Positions 10,549-20,852 are shown, numbered from the whole stretch's first letter. The stretch: DNA of 61,279 bases, filler included, from 3 parts of 3 records of this genome joined end to end with filler, not necessarily neighbours in it; one strand, 5' to 3'. Numbers and translations are program-made. The notes: generated by a model not told the origin, from the letters alone.

Positions 10549-11705
10549 GTACTAAAAATATCTGTTGTTGCTTTGATTTCGGCGATAGCTTCCATTAAAT
10601 AGTCTACATCTTCTTGGTTGACATACGCTTGAGCGGAGAGTCGCATAAAAACATGCTCACGCAACTGAAATACTGGAATTTCAATCTTGTATTTTTCGAA
10701 AAGCAATTGTTTTAATCGAAGGGGATCTTTTGTAGGCATCGGAATACTGCAAATTTGACCGAGAAAATCGCTGTTCACTGGACAAATCGGTTGTGTGCCC
10801 ACGAGATCACATAAAGGTTGATAATTCTTCAAAATGAGTTGCTTACAAGCATCGGACACTTCCCACCAATTGTTCTTTTCCATGTAGTCAATTGCTGCGG
10901 GAAGGGATAGAAAAGCGGAATAATCGCGCGTTCCTTGTAGTTGGTGATAATCCAAGAATTTTGATTTTCCAGGAACTTCTGCGTCGAAGCCCCAACTGAT
11001 AATGAGTGGGTCAAAATCGTTCTGAATTTCTTTTTTTACATATAAGAAGCTTGATCCTTTCGGAGTCATCATCCATTTGTGGCAAGCTCCTGTGTAGATA
11101 TCAGCTTTTAATTCGCGAAGATCTAGCGGAATGTGTCCAGGAACGTGAGCTCCGTCTACAATGGTCAATAATCCCAATTCTTTTGCCTTTTCACAAATTT
11201 CCTTCACAGGGAAAATGAGCGCTGTCATACTGGTAATTTGACTGATAAAAATCACCTTGGTGTTTGGAGTGAGTCCTTTCCAAAATTCGGTTATGAACTC
11301 TTCTTTTGAAGCGAGAGGAATAGGAATCGGTTGTTGAATGTACTTCGCTCCAGATTTTTCGCAATAGTATTTCCACGTTCTGTCCATTGCGCCGTATTCG
11401 TGGTTTGTGGAAAGGACTTCATCGCCTGGAGAGAGTTTTAAGCTTTTCGCAATGATGTTTATCGCATAACTTGGGTTCATTGTCAGCACCAAATCGTCCG
11501 CATCACAGTGAATGTATTTGGCCAATGCTTTTTTGGAAAGCTCAAGTTGTTGATTTCCTTTGTTGACGAAAAAATCAACAGGATTTCGTTCCAGTTCCAA
11601 CTGCCAATGTTGATAATCTGCGAAAATGGGTTTTGGGCAGGCGCCAAAAGAACCGTGATTAAGATGTCTATATTCAGATGAAAGTAGAAAGTCGTTTTTG
11701 AGCAT
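10545..11705 (-). CDS. class V PLP aminotransferase (isopenicillin N epimerase / cysteine desulfhydrase-like)
   Basis: LNHGSFGACP, VDGAHVPG, GACHKWMMTPKG, GTRDYSA. Confidence 0.9.
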   Translation of the reverse strand: MLKNDFLLSSEYRHLNHGSFGACPKPIFADYQHWQLELERNPVDFFVNKGNQQLELSKKALAKYIHCDADDLVLTMNPSYAINIIAKSLKLSPGDEVLSTNHEYGAMDRTWKYYCEKSGAKYIQQPIPIPLASKEEFITEFWKGLTPNTKVIFISQITSMTALIFPVKEICEKAKELGLLTIVDGAHVPGHIPLDLRELKADIYTGACHKWMMTPKGSSFLYVKKEIQNDFDPLIISWGFDAEVPGKSKFLDYHQLQGTRDYSAFLSLPAAIDYMEKNNWWEVSDACKQLILKNYQPLCDLVGTQPICPVNSDFLGQICSIPMPTKDPLRLKQLLFEKYKIEIPVFQLREHVFMRLSAQAYVNQEDVDYLMEAIAEIKATTDIFST

Positions 11706-11708
11706 TAT

Positions 11709-14285
11709 TTAATTATTTCGTTGAAATCCGATGGTTGGATTTGAATTGAGTTCTTTTTGCGAAGGTAGATTCTTCAAATCTTCTAAGGTAATTTCTTCGA
11801 TCATTTTTATTGTTCGTTGCGTATGTGGCAGATCCGCTAATCTCAAATCGTGATCTCTGGATACTTGCTGAACGATTTTTCGAACAAAACGCGCATTCCC
11901 GAAGTGTTTATCTCTAGCTTCGAAGGCAGATTGCAGGTAAACGGTGAGTTTTTCGCGTGCTTCAGGGTTCAATTTATTGTTCTCAATTCCAAACATAAAA
12001 TCGGCGATTGCAAGCAAGTCGTTTGTCGAATAATCGTCGAAGTGAATGGATTTCTCGAAACGTGATCGGAGTCCTGGGTTTGCATTCAAAAATTGGTTCA
12101 TATTGTCTGGATATCCAGCAGCAATCACTATAAAAGCAGATTTTCGGTCTTCCATTCGTTTTAAAATGGTTTGAATTGCTTCCATTCCGAAACTGTCGTT
12201 GGCGCCATTCAAAAGTGCATAGGCTTCATCGATGAAAAGTACTCCGCCCATTGCTCGTTCAATCATTTCGGCAGTTTTGGTAGCTGTTTGTCCGCTGTAT
12301 CCCGCAACAAGTGCTTCGCGATCGCATTCCACCAGATGTCCCCCTTCGATAAGTCCAAGTGCTTTAAAAATCTTAGCAAAAATACGGGCGACAGTTGTTT
12401 TTCCTGTTCCGGGATTTCCCGTGAATACGGTGTGCAGAACAAATTGATTCAACACATCTTTTCCTATTTCACGATAGTATGTTACTAGTTTCACTAGCTC
12501 GCGGATTTCGGTTTTCACGTTGTCCATTCCGATTAGCTCGTCCAATTCATGCAGTCCTGTTCGCAATAATTCGCTGTCGACTGCTAATTTGAGTTGTTTC
12601 GATTGCGGTTGAATAAAAATATCCTGAATGTCGTTCAAGTTAATAGTAGAAAGGTCCTCGTTAGAAAGGTCTTCTGCTGTTCCGGTTTTCATCAATCGAA
12701 GTCCCATGTTTAACTTACTTTCATCGACTAATGCCATGACATATCGCGCGTTTCCAAACGATTTATCTCTCGCTCGGAATGCTTTCACCAATTGGTGTTC
12801 CAGTAAGTTTTTCGCGTCTGATTCAAGTGTTAATTGCAAGTTTTTATACCCTAAATCGGCAATTTGAAGCAATTCTTCGGGTAAATAGTCCGGAAAATGG
12901 AAAAAATGAGAGAAGCGAGATTTCAATCCAGGGTTTGAATCTATGAATGAAGTCATTTCTTTTGGATATCCAGCGGCAATGATGACGAGATCGCCAGGTC
13001 CGTCAGACATCTCTTTGAGTAAAATTTCAATCGCTTCGTGTCCAAAATCGTTGTGCGTTTCTTTTCGATAGAGTGCATACGCCTCGTCGATGAACAATAT
13101 TCCACCGCGTGCTTTGTCAATCGCTTGACGCACTTTTGGCGCAGTTTGACCAATGTATTCTCCAATTAACTCAGAACGATCAACTTCGTGAATGTGTCCA
13201 CTGCTGAGTAAACCCATAGCGCGATAAATTTTACCGAGTTGTTGAGCAACAGTTGTTTTTCCTGTTCCTGGATTTCCAGTTAACACGGTGTGTAAGTTCA
13301 TTTTTTTTGGACTAGAAAGACCTTTTTCCTTTCTGATTTTCTCGAACTTTAGGTATTCGATGTATTCACGAATGCGCACTTTGAGTTCATCTAAACCAAT
13401 CAGTTCATCCAATTTAGAGAGAAGGGTTTCGAGTTCTTCTTCATTCGAAAGCATTTCCTGTTCAACAGGTGAAATCGTTTCGGTGGTAGAAATTGCTGGG
13501 GTTCCTTCAATCCAATTTGGCCCAACCGTAAAAGGAATAATTGCAATTCGCTGATGCATGAAAATTATCTCAACTGTGAATTGACCATCTTTCCAAATTG
13601 TTTTGGTCTCATTTCCCCAGCTAAATGAAGTGTTGTGCTGTTCATCCGTTACTTTAATCAGACGTGAACCTTGACCTCTCATTCGACCTTGAGAATCGTA
13701 AAAGAAAAATTCCAATTCGCAGTACCAAGGAGTCGTTCGTTTGTTCTTAAATGTAAATTCAGCCGAAACATAACGCGTTTCTTTACCAATAAATTGGGTA
13801 ACGTATTTTCTTTCAGGAAGTGGAGTTAAATCTTTTCCTCCTTCGTAGAATCGAATGCTTGAAATATCAAAAAACGGATTGTTTTCTGGGGTCACATTTG
13901 GATAATCATCGATATAGAAGTTTGTTGTTCCAACCAAAACATCGTCGATAAAAGCCTTCCACACATAATCGCCTTTCTTCCAGAATGTTTTTTTTTCATT
14001 TCCCCAACCAGAGCGATAGACAAAAATATTATCCGTTTTAAGAATCGTTTTTTCTTCTTCGTGACTAAATAATTTTTCCGAGTTCCCAACGCGATAAGCT
14101 TCGTAACGAAACTTACATTTCCAGTCTTCTTCGTCGAATAGAATATTGTAAATACTCAATTCCGCTTGAATCCAATCCACCTCTTTTTCCAAAAAAACAG
14201 TTTGATACATTTTCTCTTTAAACAGCCATTCCTCTGAGGTAAAGGTTTTGAGTGTGTTAAGCTTGTATTTATTCTTTTCTCCCAT
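11709..14285 (-). CDS. double SpoVK/CbbX/EccA-type AAA+ ATPase with repeated N-terminal beta domains
   Basis: Two GNPGTGKTTVA Walker A motifs, two LFIDEAYAL Walker B motifs, NPGLxSRF and FGNARxV; start MGEKNK preferred. Confidence 0.9.
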   Translation of the reverse strand: MGEKNKYKLNTLKTFTSEEWLFKEKMYQTVFLEKEVDWIQAELSIYNILFDEEDWKCKFRYEAYRVGNSEKLFSHEEEKTILKTDNIFVYRSGWGNEKKTFWKKGDYVWKAFIDDVLVGTTNFYIDDYPNVTPENNPFFDISSIRFYEGGKDLTPLPERKYVTQFIGKETRYVSAEFTFKNKRTTPWYCELEFFFYDSQGRMRGQGSRLIKVTDEQHNTSFSWGNETKTIWKDGQFTVEIIFMHQRIAIIPFTVGPNWIEGTPAISTTETISPVEQEMLSNEEELETLLSKLDELIGLDELKVRIREYIEYLKFEKIRKEKGLSSPKKMNLHTVLTGNPGTGKTTVAQQLGKIYRAMGLLSSGHIHEVDRSELIGEYIGQTAPKVRQAIDKARGGILFIDEAYALYRKETHNDFGHEAIEILLKEMSDGPGDLVIIAAGYPKEMTSFIDSNPGLKSRFSHFFHFPDYLPEELLQIADLGYKNLQLTLESDAKNLLEHQLVKAFRARDKSFGNARYVMALVDESKLNMGLRLMKTGTAEDLSNEDLSTINLNDIQDIFIQPQSKQLKLAVDSELLRTGLHELDELIGMDNVKTEIRELVKLVTYYREIGKDVLNQFVLHTVFTGNPGTGKTTVARIFAKIFKALGLIEGGHLVECDREALVAGYSGQTATKTAEMIERAMGGVLFIDEAYALLNGANDSFGMEAIQTILKRMEDRKSAFIVIAAGYPDNMNQFLNANPGLRSRFEKSIHFDDYSTNDLLAIADFMFGIENNKLNPEAREKLTVYLQSAFEARDKHFGNARFVRKIVQQVSRDHDLRLADLPHTQRTIKMIEEITLEDLKNLPSQKELNSNPTIGFQRNN

Positions 14286-14420
14286 AGCGTTTTTGTGATA
14301 TCGAAAGATAGGAAAATCAGATAAATGAAGGGGCTTCTTGCTTCCTTTTAAAAGCACACTTTTTGATTGAAAGAGGAAAACTAAATAAAGACCCGCAAAA
14401 TCCTTGTTTTACATACGATA

Positions 14421-16622
14421 ATGAAGGTCAATCTGATAAACATGAAAAAGACGTATTTTTGTTTGGTGACCTACTTGTGTAAATATCTTTTGATCTTCTT
14501 CGCTACGATCGTATGCTCGTGTAACCTTATGGGGCAAAATGCGGTTTCTAAAGCAAAGAAATACATCAATTTATTTACAGAATTTGAATACGAAGACACG
14601 CTAAAAGCGCGAACATATTCTGATTCTGCGGTCTTTTTCGCTGAACTTTCTGGAGAACCTGAAATAATGGGGAAGGCTTATCAATACAAAGGATGGTTTT
14701 ATCAAAATACGACTCAGTTTTTGAAAGCTAGGAAGTTTTTTTACCGTTCCTTAGAATCTTTTCAAAGCACGGACAACAAACAGTTGATTGCCGATGCGTA
14801 TGGAAATCTTGGAAATTCGTTTTTAGATACTTACGAGTACACCGAAAGTCTCAGTTGTCAAATGAAATCATTAAAAGTAAATGAGGAAATTTTGGCTAGT
14901 TCGGTTAAGGGACAGAAGCGAGAAACTGCACTGATAGGGAAAACGTATGCGCTACATAATATTGGCGCCATTTACAATGAAGTCGGTTTGTTTAAAAAGG
15001 CGATAGAGTTTTACCGAATGAGTTTAGCAAATGAAGTTTTGGCTAAAAACAAAGAAGGAGAAGCTATTTCATGTTCCAGTTTAGGGCAGATTTTCAAGGC
15101 AATGGAAGTGAGAGATAGTGCCATTTATTACTTCAAACGTTCGATTTCCATTTTCGAGAAGGAAGTGAAAAATTCTTATGAATTAGCAGAAGTGTATTTG
15201 GAGTATTCAACGCTAAAAAACTCAAAAATTCCTAGTGAGGAGGCGCGTTCAATGTTGATCAAGGCGTTGAATATGTATCGAAATATTAGTGACCGAGATG
15301 GTGAAATGGACGCATTAATCGCTCTTGGAGAGAATTATTTTGATGTATTGTCCAATGATAGTCTAGGGAAAATTGTTTCCGATTGTGATATTCTGATTAA
15401 TCGATTTGATTTATTGACAAAAAAGGAACGGTTTCTACAATTGAAAGCGCGCTATTTATCGAGAATCGGACGACACAGCGAAGCGAATAGAGTGCTCAAC
15501 GATTACATCAAATTTTTGAATCTCCGTGAAGAAGAAAAGAAGGGGAGAGATTTGATTATTAGTGATGTGAAGTACGAAATGCAAGAAAAGTTGATCAACG
15601 ATAGTTTGCAACTTTCAAAAGCGTATGATATTGAGAGAGCTATCGATCAAGAGAAAATTTCCCAGCAAGCAAGGTTAATCACTCTTGGTGTGGTTGGAGG
15701 AGTTGGTTTGCTTGGATTATTAGTTGTTTTGGTGCGTTCGAATAGAAGAAGGCAACGAATGAACGAAGTCCTTTCAGAAAAAAATGAACTGATTCAACGT
15801 CAAAAAGAAACTGCAGATGTGCGGAATCGTGAAATTTCTGATTCCATTAAATATGCTACGCGACTTCAATCTGCCATTCTACCCAAGAATGAAGATTTCG
15901 ATGCTTGTTTTAAAGACAGTTTTGTGTTGTATCGACCAAAAGACCTTGTGAGTGGAGACTTCTATTGGTTAGAAACAATAGGAGATTTGGTGTTTTTGGC
16001 TGTTGGCGATTGTACGGGGCATGGAGTTCCTGGAGCGATGGTAAGTGTGGTGTGCAACAATGCTCTCAATCGATCTATTCACGAATTTGAGCTTCGACTT
16101 CCAGATGAAATTATGAACAAAACGCGAGAATTGGTCATTGAAACATTTGCCAAAAGCGAGGATTATGTGGATGACGGAATGGACATTGCGCTTTGTGTTA
16201 TCAATCGTGAAAGGAAAACCATTCAGTTCACCGGGGCGAATAATCCGTTGTGGATTGTGAAGGATAAATTGGATGCGAGCATAGATTCTCGAAGAGTCAC
16301 AGAAGGGAACAATGCTCTGCTTTTTGAAATAAGTGGAGATAAACAACCCGTTGGGAAGTATCCGAAAATGGATAGCTTCACGCGACATGAAATTCACTAT
16401 TCTGAAGGTGACCGAATTTATCTTTGCTCGGATGGTTTCGCAGATCAGTTTGGTGGTAAGGATGGAAAGAAATATCGTTCGTTAGCAATGAAAAACGTCG
16501 TGTTGGAAATTCATTCCAATTCAATGGACGAACAATTCTCTCGACTTTTAAAAGAATTTGATAGTTGGAAAGGTGTTCAAGATCAGGTGGATGATGTTTG
16601 TTTGGTAGGGATTAAGCTCTAA
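14421..16622 (+). CDS. membrane sensor: periplasmic TPR domain, TM helix, SpoIIE/PP2C phosphatase
   Basis: TPR-like repeats (AYGNLGNSF, ALHNIGAIY); TM LITLGVVGGVGLLGLLVVLV; PKDLVSGDFYW, DCTGHGVPGA, DGMD, SDGFADQFGG, QVDDV; exact start uncertain. Confidence 0.9.
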   Translation: MKVNLINMKKTYFCLVTYLCKYLLIFFATIVCSCNLMGQNAVSKAKKYINLFTEFEYEDTLKARTYSDSAVFFAELSGEPEIMGKAYQYKGWFYQNTTQFLKARKFFYRSLESFQSTDNKQLIADAYGNLGNSFLDTYEYTESLSCQMKSLKVNEEILASSVKGQKRETALIGKTYALHNIGAIYNEVGLFKKAIEFYRMSLANEVLAKNKEGEAISCSSLGQIFKAMEVRDSAIYYFKRSISIFEKEVKNSYELAEVYLEYSTLKNSKIPSEEARSMLIKALNMYRNISDRDGEMDALIALGENYFDVLSNDSLGKIVSDCDILINRFDLLTKKERFLQLKARYLSRIGRHSEANRVLNDYIKFLNLREEEKKGRDLIISDVKYEMQEKLINDSLQLSKAYDIERAIDQEKISQQARLITLGVVGGVGLLGLLVVLVRSNRRRQRMNEVLSEKNELIQRQKETADVRNREISDSIKYATRLQSAILPKNEDFDACFKDSFVLYRPKDLVSGDFYWLETIGDLVFLAVGDCTGHGVPGAMVSVVCNNALNRSIHEFELRLPDEIMNKTRELVIETFAKSEDYVDDGMDIALCVINRERKTIQFTGANNPLWIVKDKLDASIDSRRVTEGNNALLFEISGDKQPVGKYPKMDSFTRHEIHYSEGDRIYLCSDGFADQFGGKDGKKYRSLAMKNVVLEIHSNSMDEQFSRLLKEFDSWKGVQDQVDDVCLVGIKL

Positions 16623-16639
16623 CTAAGACTTTTATGCAT

Positions 16640-16671
16640 AAAAAAAGGCCGAGAATTCTCGACCAGTTTTT
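16640..16671 (-). terminator. intrinsic terminator (possibly bidirectional)
   Basis: Minus-strand hairpin GGTCGAG-AATT-CTCGGCC followed by T7; a T run also follows on the plus strand. Confidence 0.7.
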
Positions 16672-16690
16672 ACTTCTATTTGGTTCTCTT

Positions 16691-16804
16691 TTAGTTTCCT
16701 TGAATCAACTTTGGACTAATACCTTTAAGATAAAGAATGTAGTCTTCCAAAGAAGCGGTTAACATTAAAGTTACGGCTTTCACTTTTTTAGTATCTCGTT
16801 TCAT
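16691..16804 (-). CDS. putative 37-aa small protein MKRDTKKVKAVTLMLTASLEDYILYLKGISPKLIQGN
   Basis: Open ATG-to-TAA frame, translated by hand, lying between a sigma54-like promoter and a terminator. Confidence 0.5.
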   Translation of the reverse strand: MKRDTKKVKAVTLMLTASLEDYILYLKGISPKLIQGN

Positions 16805-16835
16805 AGCTATCAGTTTTATTGTTTGATTAGCTATT

Positions 16836-16853
16836 TTCAAATGCCGTGCCAAA
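16836..16853 (-). promoter_or_regulatory. sigma54-like (-24/-12) promoter
   Basis: Minus strand TTTGGCACGGCATTTGAA: perfect TGGCACG, but TTGA instead of TTGC at -12. Confidence 0.55.
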
Positions 16854-16964
16854 AAGTGAATTCGCAATCGATTTGTTGATTTAGATCGACTAAATTTCTG
16901 TATTAAGATTGTCTTTTTAATAAAGAATTTTCCTTAAATCGATGTGTTTTGAGATTGATTTTTC

Positions 16965-19568
16965 TCACTTTCGAATTCCCAATCTGTACAATCTTCGGTT
17001 GTCTATAATGTGAGCGTCATATTCAAGTGTTCTAATTATATTTTCTTTAGAGAACAGACTTTCTATGTTTTTTTGGAAATCGTACAATTCTTCCTCTTTT
17101 TTAAGATCGAAGTTTGCGTTGACCTTTGTTTTGGAATAGATCTTATAGGCTCCCTGGAATCCTCGGATTATTATTGGAAAAGAACTTGTGTTAGTTATTT
17201 GGAGAATTTCACAAATCAGATTGGGCTCATAACCCCAGTTATTCAATTTATGATCTCCCTCATGAATAATTGCTGTACGAATAGCTGTGTCCTGTGAATA
17301 GTCCAATAACGCCATTTGCTTGGATAAGATCGAGTACTTTTCATTTTCTATGTAATCGCGTCTAGTTTTGTCAATGGCATCGTTGAAATCAAGAATTCCG
17401 ACCTCTCGAGATGTTTCAAATAAAACAATCACAATTTCATCCTTCAGGTGTATGTAAAAATGATCTCCTCTTTTTCTGGCAGGATTGAACACAAAACGTA
17501 AAACTTCATCTTCTGTTTTTCTATGCATGAAGCCGTAGAGTATCGGTTTTGAATCATTAACGTTAATTGGTCTTAGTAAAGTATTAACTGTTGATGCAAA
17601 TGTTTCGAGATCTGAAGTTTTGGATTCAAAATCTCCTTTGAGTTGATCCGAAAATGTAGAAGAAAGGTACTTGAGCGAATCTAAGGTAAATGAGCTTGGA
17701 ACAAAACGCTTTACGATTAGTGCGGCTTTAGGATTTCGGGGACCTTTTCTATCTATAACTTGGACAATATGAATCCCGAATTGACTCTCAATAATTCCGA
17801 ACTCACCAACGGGTTTTTCGGTACAAAACACGGCAAATGGCTGAACCATCTGTGCAAAGAAAAAGTATCCTAAATCTCCGCCTTTCTTTGATGATGCATA
17901 GTCAATCGAATGTTGCTGGACTAACTTATCGAAGTTCTCATTCGTTAGCTGAGCCAATAGTTCTTTGGCTTTTTTCATATTCGTTTGAGGTCCGCCATCA
18001 GAATCAGGGGGAAGTAACAAGTGGCGAGCCCGAATGGAGTCATAGGTATGTCCAATTATTTTAGCTAGAACGATGGTTGTATCATACCAGTACGGACCGA
18101 CGACTTCTCCAACCTTCGCATTTTGAAAAAGTGAATCCATTTCTCGCGGGTAGGTTTGAAGTTGTTGGGCATAAGAATGGTCTTCCGAAAGAGTTGTGCT
18201 ATAGGGTCCTGAAGAATAAAAACCCATGTCGCTATTTTCCATAACGAAATTGGAATCGTTGGACGACGAACTAAATGCAACTTTCAATTGCTCCATTTCA
18301 TTCTGAGCGAAAAGGGAATCCTTTTTTGACGCAGTCAATGGAATGGTTAGAAATCGGAGTCCAACAGAAGCAAACTTATTGAAGTAGGTTTTTTTATGTT
18401 TTTCCTTTTCGTAAAGTGCGTGCAAATCTTCTGTTTCAAAATGGATGCTATCATCATTTATCGATCTAAAAAGTATGTTAGTGTACTCTATGGAATATGC
18501 CTCAGTTGAAGGCTTCAGAAACTCAAGCTCTAACTTCGTGCGATAATTGATCAGTTGAACATGCTCAAAATACTTTTCTTGACGTCTTTTTTCGATGTAG
18601 TACTCTTTTGAATCCTGCCAAGAATCTCTCATTAATTGATCATCAGATTCTTGCATTTCTCGAATGCGCGAAATAAGAATTTCGGGGTCATACTCGTCTG
18701 TATCAGGGTTTGTGAATGCCAGACGGAGATCTTCCATCACAGTAAAACCATTTGTTCCAAAGATATACGCTTCTAATTCCTCTTCGGATATTGTGAGTCC
18801 TAAAATTTCAGCTTCTCGATCAATGAGAAACTGTTTTGTGTAGGTGGACCAAAGAGCATCTTCGTCAATGGGAGCTGTAGGTTCTTGTTGACGAATAGCA
18901 ACTTGATCGGCTGCTTTTTGATTTTCTAGGAGAACATTTAAATAATCTTTTTCATTTAATCTCTTACCAGATATAGTACCTATTCCTAAACTCTCGGGTT
19001 GCGTGATTGAATCATAATGAATTGGAAATGGCTCAACGTACTCTGTTGTTAAATATCGTTTTAAATGATACGCAGACGCATACTCTGTAAACTCAATCGT
19101 TATTGTGCTTAAAAGTTTGTCAGCTAAGTCAAGGCTGTCCAATTTCTTCGCGCAGAGATGTGCTTTGAAAAGATAATGCGGTGTTGTCAGGTTGTTTGAA
19201 TGTATCGCTGCAGATTTTCGATAAAATGCATAGGCTTCAGTATAATTTCCCTGTTCAGCATAGGTGTCACCAAGAAGGCCTAGTTTTATTGCGGGGAAAA
19301 ATACTCCATCGAACGAACAACTGTTTAGCAACTTACGCGCTTTTGCATGTTCTCCAATATTCATTTCATACCGAGCTAAAATTAATCGAGCTAGGTTAAT
19401 CTCTTTGAGGTTTGGTGAAGATTTTATCACCGCTTGACATCTTTCTACAACCGAATTGGATTGATTCAAATAGGCGAGTTGGCATTTCCAACAATTTCCT
19501 GTCGCTGTGCTTTGCGCGTTTCCAAAAATACTGGATAGAAGAAACGTGATAAAGATTAAAAATTTCAT
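16965..19568 (-). CDS. fusion of YfgM-like TPR domain and PpiD/SurA-like chaperone with parvulin domain
   Basis: Signal peptide MKFLIFITFLL; LGLLGDTYAEQG...NLTTPHYLFKA TPR; SurA-N-like helical part; rotamase SIRARHLLL...SKKGGDLGYF...MVQPF...ESQFGIHIVQV. Confidence 0.8.
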   Translation of the reverse strand: MKFLIFITFLLSSIFGNAQSTATGNCWKCQLAYLNQSNSVVERCQAVIKSSPNLKEINLARLILARYEMNIGEHAKARKLLNSCSFDGVFFPAIKLGLLGDTYAEQGNYTEAYAFYRKSAAIHSNNLTTPHYLFKAHLCAKKLDSLDLADKLLSTITIEFTEYASAYHLKRYLTTEYVEPFPIHYDSITQPESLGIGTISGKRLNEKDYLNVLLENQKAADQVAIRQQEPTAPIDEDALWSTYTKQFLIDREAEILGLTISEEELEAYIFGTNGFTVMEDLRLAFTNPDTDEYDPEILISRIREMQESDDQLMRDSWQDSKEYYIEKRRQEKYFEHVQLINYRTKLELEFLKPSTEAYSIEYTNILFRSINDDSIHFETEDLHALYEKEKHKKTYFNKFASVGLRFLTIPLTASKKDSLFAQNEMEQLKVAFSSSSNDSNFVMENSDMGFYSSGPYSTTLSEDHSYAQQLQTYPREMDSLFQNAKVGEVVGPYWYDTTIVLAKIIGHTYDSIRARHLLLPPDSDGGPQTNMKKAKELLAQLTNENFDKLVQQHSIDYASSKKGGDLGYFFFAQMVQPFAVFCTEKPVGEFGIIESQFGIHIVQVIDRKGPRNPKAALIVKRFVPSSFTLDSLKYLSSTFSDQLKGDFESKTSDLETFASTVNTLLRPINVNDSKPILYGFMHRKTEDEVLRFVFNPARKRGDHFYIHLKDEIVIVLFETSREVGILDFNDAIDKTRRDYIENEKYSILSKQMALLDYSQDTAIRTAIIHEGDHKLNNWGYEPNLICEILQITNTSSFPIIIRGFQGAYKIYSKTKVNANFDLKKEEELYDFQKNIESLFSKENIIRTLEYDAHIIDNRRLYRLGIRK

Positions 19569-19644
19569 GGTCGAAATATAAGAGAAATCATACGTTTTTT
19601 TAGTCTGCTTTCTCATAATACAGAAACCAAATTTCACCACACAT

Positions 19645-20229
19645 TCATTTTTCCAACTGATAGGTTGTCTGACGAAAGAAGACCAATGTTCGTTTTCTCC
19701 GCTTGGACACTATTCGAAGTTCTAATTCTTCAAATAGGTCTTCCCAGTCTTTTTCAGACTTGTTTTGATACGTCATTTTTGAGTGTCCTAGGTTTACAAG
19801 TAAATCGACGGACTGAGTAGCTATTTTTTGAAGTTGATTTCTGTAAGTGTCTTCAATAATGATAATTTGTTTTGCCACCCGTTTCGATTCAGTAATCACC
19901 TTCGTGGGATCATCGGTATGATGTAAAACGGTGAGAAGTAACACGCTGTCAAAAGAATCAGCGACAAAAGGCAACGTTATTCCATCGTAGACGAACGGAC
20001 GGATATTTTCTATTACGGATAAGTCACAGACGTCAATCGGAACAACGTTATAGCCTTTCTCGATGAGGTATTGAGTTACAAGACAATTTCCGCTACCAAG
20101 ATCAAGAATTTTGTGATCTGAACTGATAAAGTCGCTGAATTGAGCAACTTTGGCTTTTATCCACTTTTGATGGAAGGGAGAAATTGTTCTTTTCAGAAAA
20201 GGAGTACGATTGATCGTTCTTAAAATCAT
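19645..20229 (-). CDS. class I SAM-dependent methyltransferase
   Basis: ILDLGSGNC, YDGITLPF..DSFDSVLLLTVLHH. Confidence 0.88.
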   Translation of the reverse strand: MILRTINRTPFLKRTISPFHQKWIKAKVAQFSDFISSDHKILDLGSGNCLVTQYLIEKGYNVVPIDVCDLSVIENIRPFVYDGITLPFVADSFDSVLLLTVLHHTDDPTKVITESKRVAKQIIIIEDTYRNQLQKIATQSVDLLVNLGHSKMTYQNKSEKDWEDLFEELELRIVSKRRKRTLVFFRQTTYQLEK

Positions 20230-20291
20230 TTTGCGTTAGTAAAATCTGATTGAAAGTTTAAATAAAATAAGCCTAATCGTTTTAGTGAATT

Positions 20292-20852
20292 CTAGTTTAT
20301 GTGATTATTTCCATAATCTTGGCTGTTTTTCCATGTCTCCACGATCAGAGCAATTTCTTTCATATCTCTTCGGTCTATTTCGATGGTTTCTGTATCGTCG
20401 ATGAACTTTAGATCAACGGTTTCTTCAACTACATTGATTTCATTAATGTTCTTCCAAGGAATTAGAACCGCATTTTTCCCAGGGAGTTTTATGCCTTCAG
20501 GAAAAGATCGAAGAGAGTGAGTGTACTTCTGATAATACGCACCCATGAAAAGTCCGGGGATAGCCATGATGAGGTAGAAATGTTGAGATCCTTCCATGTT
20601 GAACGTTGGAAATGGGACACAAATAAAAACAAAGAATAGAGCTATTGAAAGAAGGGTTCGCCAAACTGGAACATCTTTACGCGCAGAATTGAGCATTCCT
20701 TTATAATGTTCCCTGTCAATAGTGAATTGTTTAAAGCCAAGGTAAAGAATCGCAATCGTTGGGAGTATAAAAATGAGGTGATTCGATGTTAACCAACTCA
20801 ATGCTAACATTACTAGATAGGTTACTGAAATGATGCGAATTCGTGTGATCAA
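20292..20852 (-). CDS. hypothetical 4-TM membrane protein with C-terminal PH-like domain (paralogue B)
   Basis: Four hydrophobic segments, then SLRSFPEGIKLPG...IPWKNI; similar to 20929-21507; start uncertain. Confidence 0.65.
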   Translation of the reverse strand: MITRIRIISVTYLVMLALSWLTSNHLIFILPTIAILYLGFKQFTIDREHYKGMLNSARKDVPVWRTLLSIALFFVFICVPFPTFNMEGSQHFYLIMAIPGLFMGAYYQKYTHSLRSFPEGIKLPGKNAVLIPWKNINEINVVEETVDLKFIDDTETIEIDRRDMKEIALIVETWKNSQDYGNNHIN

